Assembly (NCBI GenBank): GCA_964654465.1
Contig: CAZZIO010000029.1
Span: 1 to 64,000 of the forward strand
Source: an uncultured Dictyoglomota bacterium
GTDB taxonomy: Bacteria; Dictyoglomota; Dictyoglomia; Dictyoglomales; Dictyoglomaceae
DNA: 64,000 bases
Direction: 5' to 3'
Below are positions 30,603 to 41,114 of this stretch, piece by piece (the first letter of the stretch is position 1; each line of letters starts with the position of its first letter). A program made the position numbers and the translations under genes. The notes below the pieces were generated by a model. That model was not told the origin of the DNA. It did no database searches and was given only the letters and a program-made list of their open reading frames with translations.

Positions 30603-30858
30603 TCTCTCATACCTCCCTTTTTTTGTTTTAAATTCTTCTTAATAATATAACAAAAATCATGCGACTTCAAATAGGTAAAATTAAACGAATATTAGAAGAT
30701 AACAGGTTTTTATTAATTCTTAACACATGTTAGTTATATATAAAATATTTTACTTTTAGTAAAATATGATAAAATTTATAGATCTTAATATTGAAAAATA
30801 TAAAATTTTATTTTATAATTATTAAAAATCTATATTAATAAATGGAGGTATAAGGAAT

Positions 30859-31644
30859 ATGGATGATGAATTAAAAAGAATTTTAAAACTTTTAGAAGAA
30901 GGAAAAATAAAAGCTGATGAAGCTGAGAAACTTATTGAGGCTCTTGAGGAAAGGAAAGAATCAAAGAGGAAGGATAAATTTGGGTTTGTTAATATGGGAG
31001 AGATTGTAACCGATGCTTTAACTTCTGCTTTTTCTATCATACCGGGCGTTATAGTAAATAGTATGAAGGGGATAAAGCATGTAGATGAGGAATATGAATG
31101 GTCAGAGGATAAACCACTATTTTTAGAGATTACAGCAGGTGATTTAGGTATAGATGTTTGGCAAGAAGAAAAGATAAGGATAAGGGGAGAAGGTGTATTC
31201 ATTTTAGAAAATAATTTGATTAAATTTTCTGCAGGAGATTTTAATTTGAATTTACCGAAATTAAACACGGTTAAGATGAAAGTTTCCGCAGGGGATGTAA
31301 AGGGAAAATTAGTTGCGAAGGAAAGTGAGATTCTCATAAAAATGGGTGATGGTGATTTATATATAGAGAGTGAGAAATTTAGGGCTGAGGTAAATATGGG
31401 AGATTTGGATATTGTCTTTGCTAAAGCTCCCTCTCAAGGAGAATTAATTTGTAATACTGGAGATATGTCCATAGTACTTCCTGATGATTTTGATGGAAAA
31501 TTAGTAGTAAAAGTTACGATGGGTGAAGCATCTGTCGAAAGAAGGCCAGATATGATTGTGAAAGGTGATACATATATATATGGGAATGGTGAGAAATCAG
31601 AAATTATTATAAGATGTTCAATGGGTAATATAAATATTAAATGA
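30859..31644 (+). CDS. SHOCT-like + DUF4097 (YvlB/LiaX-like) protein
   Basis: RILKLLEEGKIKADEAEKLIEAL followed by repeated (A/M/T)GD beta-strand units. Confidence 0.75.
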   Translation: MDDELKRILKLLEEGKIKADEAEKLIEALEERKESKRKDKFGFVNMGEIVTDALTSAFSIIPGVIVNSMKGIKHVDEEYEWSEDKPLFLEITAGDLGIDVWQEEKIRIRGEGVFILENNLIKFSAGDFNLNLPKLNTVKMKVSAGDVKGKLVAKESEILIKMGDGDLYIESEKFRAEVNMGDLDIVFAKAPSQGELICNTGDMSIVLPDDFDGKLVVKVTMGEASVERRPDMIVKGDTYIYGNGEKSEIIIRCSMGNINIK

Positions 31645-31660
31645 ATTTATTATCCTAATA

Positions 31661-31732
31661 CTCCCCTAAGGAGATTTTGATTTTTACAAGTTAATAAGTT
31701 ATACTAAACAAAATTTTTATACCTTAGGGGAG
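31661..31732 (+). promoter_or_regulatory. Beta-mannosidase promoter enclosed by an 11-bp inverted repeat covering the RBS
   Basis: CTCCCCTAAGG (31661-31671) / CCTTAGGGGAG (31722-31732); TTGATT-N17-TATACT (31677-31705) between them. Confidence 0.65.
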
Positions 31733-31743
31733 GATTTTTAGTT

Positions 31744-34185
31744 ATGGATGTCATTAAATTAGATGGTGAATGGGAGTTTAGAAATACAAAAGAGAGAAAA
31801 TGGCTTAAAGCTAAAGTACCAGGTTGTGTTCACTTAGATTTAATGGATAATAATTTAATACCAGATCCTTTTGTGGGGGAAAATGAACTAAAGGTTCAAT
31901 GGGTAGAGGAAGAAGATTGGATATATAGGAAAAAATTTAATATAGATAAGGATTTCTTAAAGCATTCTGCTATAGAATTGGAATTTGAAGGAATTGATAC
32001 TTTTTCTGAAGTTTATCTCAATGGGAAGAAAATAGGAGAAACAGATAATATGTTTATTCCTTGGTGTTTTGATGTAAAAAATATATTAGTAGAGGGGGAA
32101 AATCTTCTTGAAGTGAAGCTTTTGTCACCTACAAAAACGCTTAAAGAAAGAGCAGATAATTATCCATATAAACTTCATGGAGGAGATTTTTCTCCCCGAG
32201 TTTTTGGTAGAAAGGCTCAATATTCCTTTGGATGGGACTGGGGACCAAGACTTGCTACTTCAGGTTTGTGGAAGTCAGTGAAAGTAAAGGGTTGGGATAA
32301 AGCGAGAATTTTAGATGTATGGGTTCCTTTAAGGAATTTAGGTAATCCTGCCCATATAAATCTGGAGCTTGATATAGAGATTCAACAAGCTATGAGTGTA
32401 GATGTGGCGTTTAGGATCTCACATAAAAAGCCTGTTTTGGAACAAAGATTAAGATTTACCCTCCCAGAAGGAAGAGTATTTTTAAAGATACCATTAACTA
32501 TAAAAGATCCTAAACTTTGGTATCCGCAAGGATATGGTGAACAGAACTTGTATAAAATACAACTGATTCTTTTGGATGAGAAAGGTGAGGTTTTAGATAA
32601 AATAGAGGAAACTTTTGGAATAAGAAAAGTAGAGCTATATACAAAAGAAGACGAGAAAGGTGAATCTTTTATTTTCAAAGTAAATGATGTACCCATCTTT
32701 GCTAAGGGGGCAAATTGGATACCAGCGGATAGTTTTCTTCCAAGATTAAGAGAAGAAGATTATAGATTTCTTCTAACAAAAGCTAAAGAAATGGGAACTA
32801 ATATGCTTAGAGTTTGGGGTGGTGGAATATATGAAAATGATATATTTTACGACTTGTGTGATGAACTTGGCATAATGGTTTGGCAAGATTTTATGTTTGC
32901 ATGTGCGGAATATCCAGATGATGAGAAATTTTTAGAAGAAGTACAGAGGGAAGCAGAATTTGTTGTTAAGAGATTAAGAAATCATCCTTCTATTGTTTTA
33001 TGGTGTGGTAATAATGAGAATAATTGGGGCTATGTAGCAAAATGGTGGGGTGAAAGAGATAAGTTCTGGGGAGAGGAGATATATAGTAAAGTTTTGCCAG
33101 ATGTATGTGCCAGACTTGATTTAACAAGGCCATATTGGCCAAGTAGCCCTTACGGTGGAAGGTATCCAAATAGTGAGGAGGCGGGAGATAGACATAACTG
33201 GGATATATGGCATGGATGGAAAGACTTTAAAGAGTATCTTAAAGATAATTCTAGATTTGTAAGTGAGTTTGGAATGCAGGCTCCTCCTGTTTCAGAGACT
33301 ATCAGAAAGTTTATTACTTCTGAGAAAGAATATCATCCTCAAAGTAGGGAAATTGAATTTCATAACAAGGCTTATGAGGGTACAGAAAGAATATTAAGGT
33401 ATATTTCTGGTTATTTTAAAATTACATCTGATATGGATGATTACATATATCTTTCTCAAATCATCCAAGGGTTAGCGTTAAAAACAGGAATAGAACACTG
33501 GAGAAATAATAAGTTCCATACTGCAGGAGCACTGATATGGCAACTTAACGATTGTTGGCCGGTAGTGAGTTGGAGCATAATTGATTATTATAAAAACTTG
33601 AAACCTTCTTACTATTTTGTAAAAAGGTCTTTTAAGAATCTGAAAGTAAATATAGAACCAAGAGACGGTAAACTTTTAATCTTTGTAGTTAATGATACCC
33701 TGCAATATTTTGAGGGTAAAATAGAATATGCATTTAGTACTTTTAAAGGAAAAAGGAGAGGTAAGAAGGAAACTGCTCTTGATCTTTCTCCTAATACATC
33801 TCTAAATGCTATAACAGTTCCTTTGGAAGAAGTAGATAAATATGGAGAATTTTTCTATGTACAACTTTTTGATGAAAAGGGTAATTTAGTTGATCAGAAC
33901 GAATATTTCTTTGTTCCATTTAAACATTTAGAACTCCCTAAGGCAGAAGTTATTTATACTGTAGAGGAGCTTGACAAAGAAATATATAGAGTACTTTTGG
34001 AAAGTGATTTCATTGCTTTATTTGTAGCATTGGAACTTCCAAATGCGGAATGGGAAGATAATTATTTTACTATTTATCCAAAAGATAAATATGAGGTAAT
34101 TTTTAGAGCTCCCTATACTCTTAAAGAGATAGAAGAAAATTTAAAAATTAAAGGATTGAATTTAAAAAAGGTAAGAAAGGCTTAA
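31744..34185 (+). CDS. Beta-mannosidase, GH2
   Basis: RKAQYSFGWDWGPRL, KGANWIP, RVWGGG, WQDFMFAC, WCGNNE (acid/base), SEFG (nucleophile), WQLNDCWP. Confidence 0.95.
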   Translation: MDVIKLDGEWEFRNTKERKWLKAKVPGCVHLDLMDNNLIPDPFVGENELKVQWVEEEDWIYRKKFNIDKDFLKHSAIELEFEGIDTFSEVYLNGKKIGETDNMFIPWCFDVKNILVEGENLLEVKLLSPTKTLKERADNYPYKLHGGDFSPRVFGRKAQYSFGWDWGPRLATSGLWKSVKVKGWDKARILDVWVPLRNLGNPAHINLELDIEIQQAMSVDVAFRISHKKPVLEQRLRFTLPEGRVFLKIPLTIKDPKLWYPQGYGEQNLYKIQLILLDEKGEVLDKIEETFGIRKVELYTKEDEKGESFIFKVNDVPIFAKGANWIPADSFLPRLREEDYRFLLTKAKEMGTNMLRVWGGGIYENDIFYDLCDELGIMVWQDFMFACAEYPDDEKFLEEVQREAEFVVKRLRNHPSIVLWCGNNENNWGYVAKWWGERDKFWGEEIYSKVLPDVCARLDLTRPYWPSSPYGGRYPNSEEAGDRHNWDIWHGWKDFKEYLKDNSRFVSEFGMQAPPVSETIRKFITSEKEYHPQSREIEFHNKAYEGTERILRYISGYFKITSDMDDYIYLSQIIQGLALKTGIEHWRNNKFHTAGALIWQLNDCWPVVSWSIIDYYKNLKPSYYFVKRSFKNLKVNIEPRDGKLLIFVVNDTLQYFEGKIEYAFSTFKGKRRGKKETALDLSPNTSLNAITVPLEEVDKYGEFFYVQLFDEKGNLVDQNEYFFVPFKHLELPKAEVIYTVEELDKEIYRVLLESDFIALFVALELPNAEWEDNYFTIYPKDKYEVIFRAPYTLKEIEENLKIKGLNLKKVRKA

Positions 34186-34695
34186 TTTACAAATAGGACA
34201 GAAATTATAGCTTTTTCTATCGGTGTCTGATATAGAATTAGAAAAATGCATGACACACTCTGGGTTTGGACAATGGGAGAGACCCAGAGTGTGTCCAAGT
34301 TCATGGACCGATTCTTTTAAGGTGCGGATATATAAAATTTCATGATTTTTCGGTAATCTGTAGAAACTATTATCTAATCGTGCTATACTTACTAAGGCTT
34401 CTTTTCCATTAAGTTTTGCTTGCCCAAATATAAAATTAAGTCCATGGGTATATAAATCCACATTCGTTATTCCAAGGACCTTAAAACTATCGGGTATTTT
34501 TAATTTGGTAAGTATGTCAAGAAAAGGTAAAGAAAGGTATTGATTTCTTTCAGGATTGTAAGTATTGCTGGGTATAGGTAAGTTAAAGTATGTTTTTACA
34601 GGAAAAGGAATAATCTTAGGAAGATTTGCTGAAAGAAAGTCTAAAATATCTTTATCTATATTATCAAAAGGAACCAAATATATAAATTTTTCCAT
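34162..34695 (-). CDS. Archaemetzincin-family Zn protease (M54)
   Basis: GLNFIFGQA, HELGHTLGLSHCPNPECVM..D.K...FCPIC. Confidence 0.92.
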   Translation of the reverse strand: MEKFIYLVPFDNIDKDILDFLSANLPKIIPFPVKTYFNLPIPSNTYNPERNQYLSLPFLDILTKLKIPDSFKVLGITNVDLYTHGLNFIFGQAKLNGKEALVSIARLDNSFYRLPKNHEILYIRTLKESVHELGHTLGLSHCPNPECVMHFSNSISDTDRKSYNFCPICKLSLSYLF

Positions 34696-34703
34696 TTTTT
34701 TAT

Positions 34704-34735
34704 AAAGAGGGAGAGGGATTACTCTCCCTCTTTTT
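34704..34735. terminator. Intrinsic terminator after the GH130 gene
   Basis: AAAGAGGGAGAG-GGATTA-CTCTCCCTCTTT with A/T tracts on both sides. Confidence 0.8.
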
Positions 34736-34739
34736 ATTT

Positions 34740-35735
34740 TTATTCATATTTTATTCCATCTTCTTTTAGAAAATCAATTATCTCATCCACATACGCAAAA
34801 GCAAGAGCAACTACTGTATCCGCACCGCCATAATAGATGGCAAGCCTACCTGTCTCAGCATCACATAAGGATGCACAAGGAAATGCTACATTAGGTACAT
34901 CTCCTACACATTCATAATATTCTTGAGGGGAAAGTAGATAAGAACGAGCTCTATATTTTACTTTCCATGGTTTTTCTAAATCTAAAAGGGCAGCACTAAA
35001 GCTATATACATAACCATTACAAGAAAGTAATACTCCATGATAGATTAAGAGCCAACCCTCGCTAGTTTCTATAGGAGTAGGACCTGCTCCTATTTTAAGG
35101 GATTGCCATCCAGTAAGTCCTGCTGACATAACAAATCTATGACAACCCCAATGGATCATGTCTGGACTCTCGCTATAGAATATATCCCCAAAAGGTGTAT
35201 GACCTCTGTCAGAAGGTCTGCTTAACATAGCATATTTGCCATTTATTTTTCTTGGAAAAAGTACTCCATTTCTATTGTAAGGTAAGAAGGCATTTTCTAA
35301 TTGATAAAATTCCTTAAAATCAAAGGTATATCCTACTCCTATGGTTGGTCCATGGTAACCGTTACACCATGTAATATAATATCGATCTTCAATAAAAGTA
35401 ACTCTTGGATCATATTTGTATTCACTTACCAATGGATCCTTAGTTTCTTGTATGAAGTTAATAGGTTCCTCTTCAATAGTCCAATTAATTCCGTCATCAC
35501 TAAATCCGGCGTGCAAGTTCATTGATCTTGCTTTGTCGTCAACTCTAAAAACCCCTGCAAATTTTCCATTGAATGTAACTACTGCACTGTTAAATATGCT
35601 GTTTGCTCTTTTAATATGGTTCCTTTTGATGATGGGATTCTTAGAATATCTCCATACTACATCATTACAACCTTTTGGGCGTTCTTCCCAGGGTAAATTT
35701 GGAATCTTTTCTCCAATAATTTGGACTTTACCCAT
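34740..35735 (-). CDS. GH130 beta-1,4-mannooligosaccharide phosphorylase
   Basis: [55 protein letters not shown]. Confidence 0.92.
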   Translation of the reverse strand: MGKVQIIGEKIPNLPWEERPKGCNDVVWRYSKNPIIKRNHIKRANSIFNSAVVTFNGKFAGVFRVDDKARSMNLHAGFSDDGINWTIEEEPINFIQETKDPLVSEYKYDPRVTFIEDRYYITWCNGYHGPTIGVGYTFDFKEFYQLENAFLPYNRNGVLFPRKINGKYAMLSRPSDRGHTPFGDIFYSESPDMIHWGCHRFVMSAGLTGWQSLKIGAGPTPIETSEGWLLIYHGVLLSCNGYVYSFSAALLDLEKPWKVKYRARSYLLSPQEYYECVGDVPNVAFPCASLCDAETGRLAIYYGGADTVVALAFAYVDEIIDFLKEDGIKYE

Positions 35736-35762
35736 AATTTAAAGCCTCCTTTTTTTCTATTT

Positions 35763-35791
35763 ATGTTAACTTAGATGTTCTGTTAAGTCAA
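35763..35791 (-). promoter_or_regulatory. GH130 promoter
   Basis: TTGACT-N17-TAACAT. Confidence 0.55.
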
Positions 35792-35887
35792 TAAATATCA
35801 GTGAAAATAGTAACATAAAAGTGGGGTTTTGATAATTGAAATTAATAATAAATTGGATTTAATTTATGGGGATAATAATAAATAAAT

Positions 35888-35962
35888 TGGCTCCTCGGGC
35901 AGGATTCGAACCTGCAACCCGCCGGTTAACAGCCGGCCGCTCTACCGTTGAGCTACCGAGGA
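35888..35962 (-). tRNA. tRNA-Asn (GTT)
   Basis: TCCTCGG/CCGAGGA acceptor stem, GCTC/GAGC D arm, CCGG-CTGTTAA-CCGG anticodon arm, GTTCGAATC, encoded CCA. Confidence 0.98.
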
Positions 35963-35986
35963 GCGAATAAGTTATTGTTGTAAAAA

Positions 35987-36015
35987 ATTATATAAAAAAC
36001 TTTTTGGAAAATCAA
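35987..36015 (-). promoter_or_regulatory. tRNA-Asn promoter
   Basis: TTGATT-N17-TATAAT. Confidence 0.7.
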
Positions 36016-36113
36016 GTACTATATATTTTTTTAATTATTACCCTCTTCCCAAAAACTTTTTGCTTTAGTAATATATCAAAGGTTATGTATAAAACTTTGA
36101 TAAAGGAGGATAA

Positions 36114-37457
<1,344 letters not shown>

Positions 37458-37475
37458 CAAGTTAAAAGCCCTTCC

Positions 37476-38612
37476 TCAGAAAAGAGTAAGTTGATTTTTA
37501 GAAGAGGAAGGGCTTTTTCCATTTATAAGAATGAAATTTTTGCACTTTTCTATTGGAATTCCTATTTTCTTTAATTCTTTTAAATCTTTTATCTTATTTT
37601 CTCTTCTCGCTTTGATTATTCTTGAGGCAAAGGCTGGACCTATTCCAGGAATTCTTATGAGTTTATCATATGGTGCAGAGTTTATCTCTATAGGGAAAAA
37701 TTCAGGATGATTTTTAGCCCATACTGTTTTAGGATCTTCATCCGGAGGTAAATTTCCATTCTCATTAAACACAAGTTCTTCTATATCAAAACCATATTTT
37801 CTTATTAGAAAATCAGCTTCATATAATCTTACTTCTCTCCAAGTAGAAGTAGGTGGAAGGTCGGATAAAGGAGTAAGGGGAATAGGCTGAAAAGCGCTAA
37901 AATAGGCTCTTGATAAATGATAATTTTTATAGAGATTGAAGGTAAGGTTAAGAATTTCTTTATCCCTTTCTTGTGATGCACCAACTACAAATTGAGTTGT
38001 TATACCTGCTTTTGTCCTTAACCCCTTTTTATATAATTCTTTTAAAGTTTCCAATTTTTGAAGAAGAAAATTAAAATTCTTTTCAGGCGCAATTTCTTTT
38101 AGATATTTTTCTGATGGGGCTTCCAAATTTATAGAAATTCGATCTGCATATTTTATAGCGGTCTCTATATAATCTAAAGAAGATTCTGGGAGTATTTTTA
38201 AATGAATATATCCTTTAAAATTGTGAACTTCTCTAAGTATTTCTACCGATTTTAGCATTTGTTCCATAGTATATTTAGGTGATTTAGTTATTGCGGAACT
38301 TAAAAATAATCCATCTACCAAATTCTTTCTATGAAGTTCTAAGAATAATCTAACAAGCTCATCTGCTGTAAGAGTTACTCTTTGAAATGGTCTATTAGCT
38401 CTGTTAGCACAATAATAGCAGTTATGAATACAATCATTTGAGAGTAAAATTTTTAAAAGTCTTACTGTCTTTCCATCAGGAAGGACTGTAGGATAGATCC
38501 AACCGCTTATGGATGGCTTTCTTTTTATGGCTTCTTGAGAACATAAAAAGGACCCACATAGATCGAACTTTGCTGATTCTGCTAATATTTCGATTTTATC
38601 GCTTATATGCAT
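37476..38612 (-). CDS. Putative DNA modification/repair radical SAM protein with HhH
   Basis: LKILLSNDCIHNCYYC, GLFLSS, YIHLKI, SINLE, TQFVVGA, RLYEADFLIRKYGF, RIPGIG. Confidence 0.88.
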   Translation of the reverse strand: MHISDKIEILAESAKFDLCGSFLCSQEAIKRKPSISGWIYPTVLPDGKTVRLLKILLSNDCIHNCYYCANRANRPFQRVTLTADELVRLFLELHRKNLVDGLFLSSAITKSPKYTMEQMLKSVEILREVHNFKGYIHLKILPESSLDYIETAIKYADRISINLEAPSEKYLKEIAPEKNFNFLLQKLETLKELYKKGLRTKAGITTQFVVGASQERDKEILNLTFNLYKNYHLSRAYFSAFQPIPLTPLSDLPPTSTWREVRLYEADFLIRKYGFDIEELVFNENGNLPPDEDPKTVWAKNHPEFFPIEINSAPYDKLIRIPGIGPAFASRIIKARRENKIKDLKELKKIGIPIEKCKNFILINGKSPSSSKNQLTLF

Positions 38613-38656
38613 TTTGTCATCTATGAGGGTCCTTTTTTAAAATAAAAAAATATCAA

Positions 38657-38764
38657 TTAAGCCTTTTTAAGTTCTTTTAAAAGTAGCTTTAGCCTTTCCT
38701 TTTTCCTTTTTTCTCTTGCCTTTCTTCTTTTCCTCTTAAGTATTACCCTCCATTGTTTTCCCAT
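38657..38764 (-). CDS. 35-aa highly basic protein, not in the ORF track: MGKQWRVILKRKRRKAREKRKKERLKLLLKELKKA
   Basis: ATG 6 nt after GGGGTG; extended -10 TGaTATAAT at 38805-38813; fills the ftsB/radical SAM gap. Confidence 0.75.
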   Translation of the reverse strand: MGKQWRVILKRKRRKAREKRKKERLKLLLKELKKA

Positions 38765-38818
38765 TTCTTTCACCCCTGCTATAAGTTTAGTTTTATCAAA
38801 TGATATTATATCAAAATA

Positions 38819-39172
38819 CTACTTTTTAAAAAGATCTATTATTTTATCCCAAAGATTTTTCTCTTCTTCTTTTTTCTCAATTATTAGGATTGGCTCTTCA
38901 TTAGGTTTTGCCATAAAAAGTTTTTCTCTTGCAATTTTCTCTATTATATATGGATCATCTGTATTGTAAGCTATCTCTCTTAATTCTTTAACTTTTTTTT
39001 CAAGGACTGATTTTCTTTGATAAAGTTCCTTTAGTTTTTGGGAATAAGTTATATAATCTCTAATCCCCATATATATAGATGGGCTTAGATATAGAAAAAA
39101 AAGAACTAAAAGTATTTTGCTTATAGGATTTCTTTTCTTTCTGTCCTTTTTAAGATATTCTTGCCACCCCAC
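38819..39172 (-). CDS. Septum formation initiator, FtsB/DivIC family
   Basis: Basic N-terminus, one TM, coiled coil, DPYIIEKIAREKLFMAKPNE. Confidence 0.85.
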   Translation of the reverse strand: MGWQEYLKKDRKKRNPISKILLVLFFLYLSPSIYMGIRDYITYSQKLKELYQRKSVLEKKVKELREIAYNTDDPYIIEKIAREKLFMAKPNEEPILIIEKKEEEKNLWDKIIDLFKK

Positions 39173-40895
39173 GATATATTACTCCTCTTTCAGGGTCTAT
39201 AGTTATAATCTCATTATCTCTTAATTTTTCAAAGAGATTTTTGGCTCCAACTATTATACCTAATCCCTTACTTCTCCATGGGATTAATGATGGTGGAATT
39301 TTTTCATCTTCAATAACAAGACCGACTAATTTGTCAAAGAGAGGTTCTATCTCAAGATCATAAGACTTTATCAGTAATATAGCTCCATCTATCTCTTTAC
39401 TAAGAGCTTCCTTAGGGTTTTGAGCTAATATAACCTTGGCGGTTTTGGAATCTCCACCAAGTCCATGTCCTTGTCCTATGATATCACTTATTACATGTAC
39501 CTTTATAAGATTTGTCATACCAGAGATTCCCATGGGTATACCAGCAGTGATTACAACTGTGTCTCCTCTTTTAACATATTCTTTTTGAAGAAGTAACTTG
39601 GTAGATTTTTCAAACATTTCATCGGTAGTGTAAAAAATCTCAGTTAAAAGTGGAATTACACCCCAAGATAGGTTGAGTCTTCTTCTTACTTCAGAAAAGT
39701 GGGTAATGGCAAATATGGGAGCATTGGGTCTATATTTTGATATTTGTCTTGCTGTAAAACCACTATGAGTAGCTGTTACAATTGCTGAAGCTTTTATTTC
39801 TTTGGCTATTTGGCATGTGGAGAAGGTTATAGCTTTAGTTATAGTAGTATTACAATCTGTTTCTTTTAAAAAATCGTCATATGGAAAGCTTTCTTCAACT
39901 TTCTTTGCAATTTTATCCATCATTTTTACGCTTTCTATGGGATATTTACCCATTGCAGTTTCGTTTGATAACATAATAGCATCTGTACCGTCTAATATGG
40001 CATTTGCCACATCACTTACTTCTGCCCTTGTGGGAGTAGGATTACTTACCATAGATATTAACATCTGGGTGGCTGTAATTACAGGTTTTCCTGCTAATCT
40101 TGTTTCCTTTATTATTCTTTTTTGAATTAAGGGAACTTCCTCATTTGAAATCTCTATTGCTAAATCTCCTCTTGCTACCATTATAGCATCTGCTACTTCT
40201 AATATTTCTTTAAAATTATTTACTGCTTCTCTTTTTTCAATTTTGGCTATTACAGGAATTTTGGCATCATGTAATTCAAGGAATTCTTTTAACTCTATTA
40301 TATCTGAAGCTCTTTGCACAAAGGACAATGCAATGTAGTCTACCTTGTTTTCTATGCCAAATATGGTATCTTTTTTATCCTTCTCTGTAAGAGGTGAAAC
40401 TCTTAATTTAGAGTCTGGGAAATTAACTCCTTTTCTTTCTGAAAGATAACCCCCATGAATAATTCCACATACTAATTTGTCTTCTTTTTTATCCATGACT
40501 TTCAATTCTATAAGTCCATCATCTATAAGTATTCTATCTCCAATATTTACATCCTCTAATAGATAGGGGTAGTTAACATAAAGAATTTTCTCGTTGCCTA
40601 TAGTTTCCTTAGGAGTAAGATAGATTTCTTCTCCATCTTTGATAAATATTTTGTCCTTTTCTAATTCTCCTATCCTTATTTTAGGTCCTTGAAGGTCTTG
40701 AATAATAGGAATTGGTTTGTCTAATTCTTCTGAAAATTTTCTTATAAGTCTTATTCTTTCTCCATGGACATTATAATCTCCATGGGAGAAGTTTAATCTT
40801 GCCACATCCATTCCTGCTCTAATAAGTTCCTTTAATACTTCTTCTTTTTCACTGGCAGGACCTATTGTACATACTATTTTGGTCTTTCTAAACAA
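39150..40895 (-). CDS. pyk: Pyruvate kinase with C-terminal swivelling domain
   Basis: KTKIVCTIGPAS, RLNFSHG, IAKIE, MVARGDL, TATQML, PTRAE. Confidence 0.98.
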   Translation of the reverse strand: MFRKTKIVCTIGPASEKEEVLKELIRAGMDVARLNFSHGDYNVHGERIRLIRKFSEELDKPIPIIQDLQGPKIRIGELEKDKIFIKDGEEIYLTPKETIGNEKILYVNYPYLLEDVNIGDRILIDDGLIELKVMDKKEDKLVCGIIHGGYLSERKGVNFPDSKLRVSPLTEKDKKDTIFGIENKVDYIALSFVQRASDIIELKEFLELHDAKIPVIAKIEKREAVNNFKEILEVADAIMVARGDLAIEISNEEVPLIQKRIIKETRLAGKPVITATQMLISMVSNPTPTRAEVSDVANAILDGTDAIMLSNETAMGKYPIESVKMMDKIAKKVEESFPYDDFLKETDCNTTITKAITFSTCQIAKEIKASAIVTATHSGFTARQISKYRPNAPIFAITHFSEVRRRLNLSWGVIPLLTEIFYTTDEMFEKSTKLLLQKEYVKRGDTVVITAGIPMGISGMTNLIKVHVISDIIGQGHGLGGDSKTAKVILAQNPKEALSKEIDGAILLIKSYDLEIEPLFDKLVGLVIEDEKIPPSLIPWRSKGLGIIVGAKNLFEKLRDNEIITIDPERGVIYRGVARIS

Positions 40896-41113
40896 CTTTT
40901 TTCCCTCCTTTGTTTAATATATATTTTAGTATTATCTGAGAGCGCTCCTTCTAATCCAATCTCAAAACCATCTTCATTAACAACAATATACTCCCCATCT
41001 ATGCATTTTTTATAGATATCCATGTCATAAGAAATCAGGGCATGCTTTACTTGCATGCCCTGAAATACTTCTAACAATTTATTATTTACAAAAACCTTAA
41101 TCTTTTCTTTCAA
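40874..41113 (-). CDS. Hypothetical small protein, possibly beta-grasp fold
   Basis: Sits between the nucleotidase and pyk with coupled spacing; IKVFVNNKLLEVFQGMQVKHAL. Confidence 0.7.
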   Translation of the reverse strand: MKEKIKVFVNNKLLEVFQGMQVKHALISYDMDIYKKCIDGEYIVVNEDGFEIGLEGALSDNTKIYIKQRREKSCLERPK

Positions 41114-41114
41114 A

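Noticed and set aside
30599-30610. ATG-AGA-GAT-TGA mini-ORF over the glgP start
   Set aside because: The ATG directly abuts the SD; the TTG at 8-nt spacing explains the site
35744-35771. TTATGTTAACT resembling a dif XerD arm (also ATAATGTATATT at 25714)
   Set aside because: No matching partner arm in either case; the first overlaps the GH130 -10
35847-35890. AATAAATTGG repeated near the tRNA-Asn 3' end (possible att scar)
   Set aside because: Only 10 AT-rich bp, mostly outside the tRNA, with no integrase or cargo
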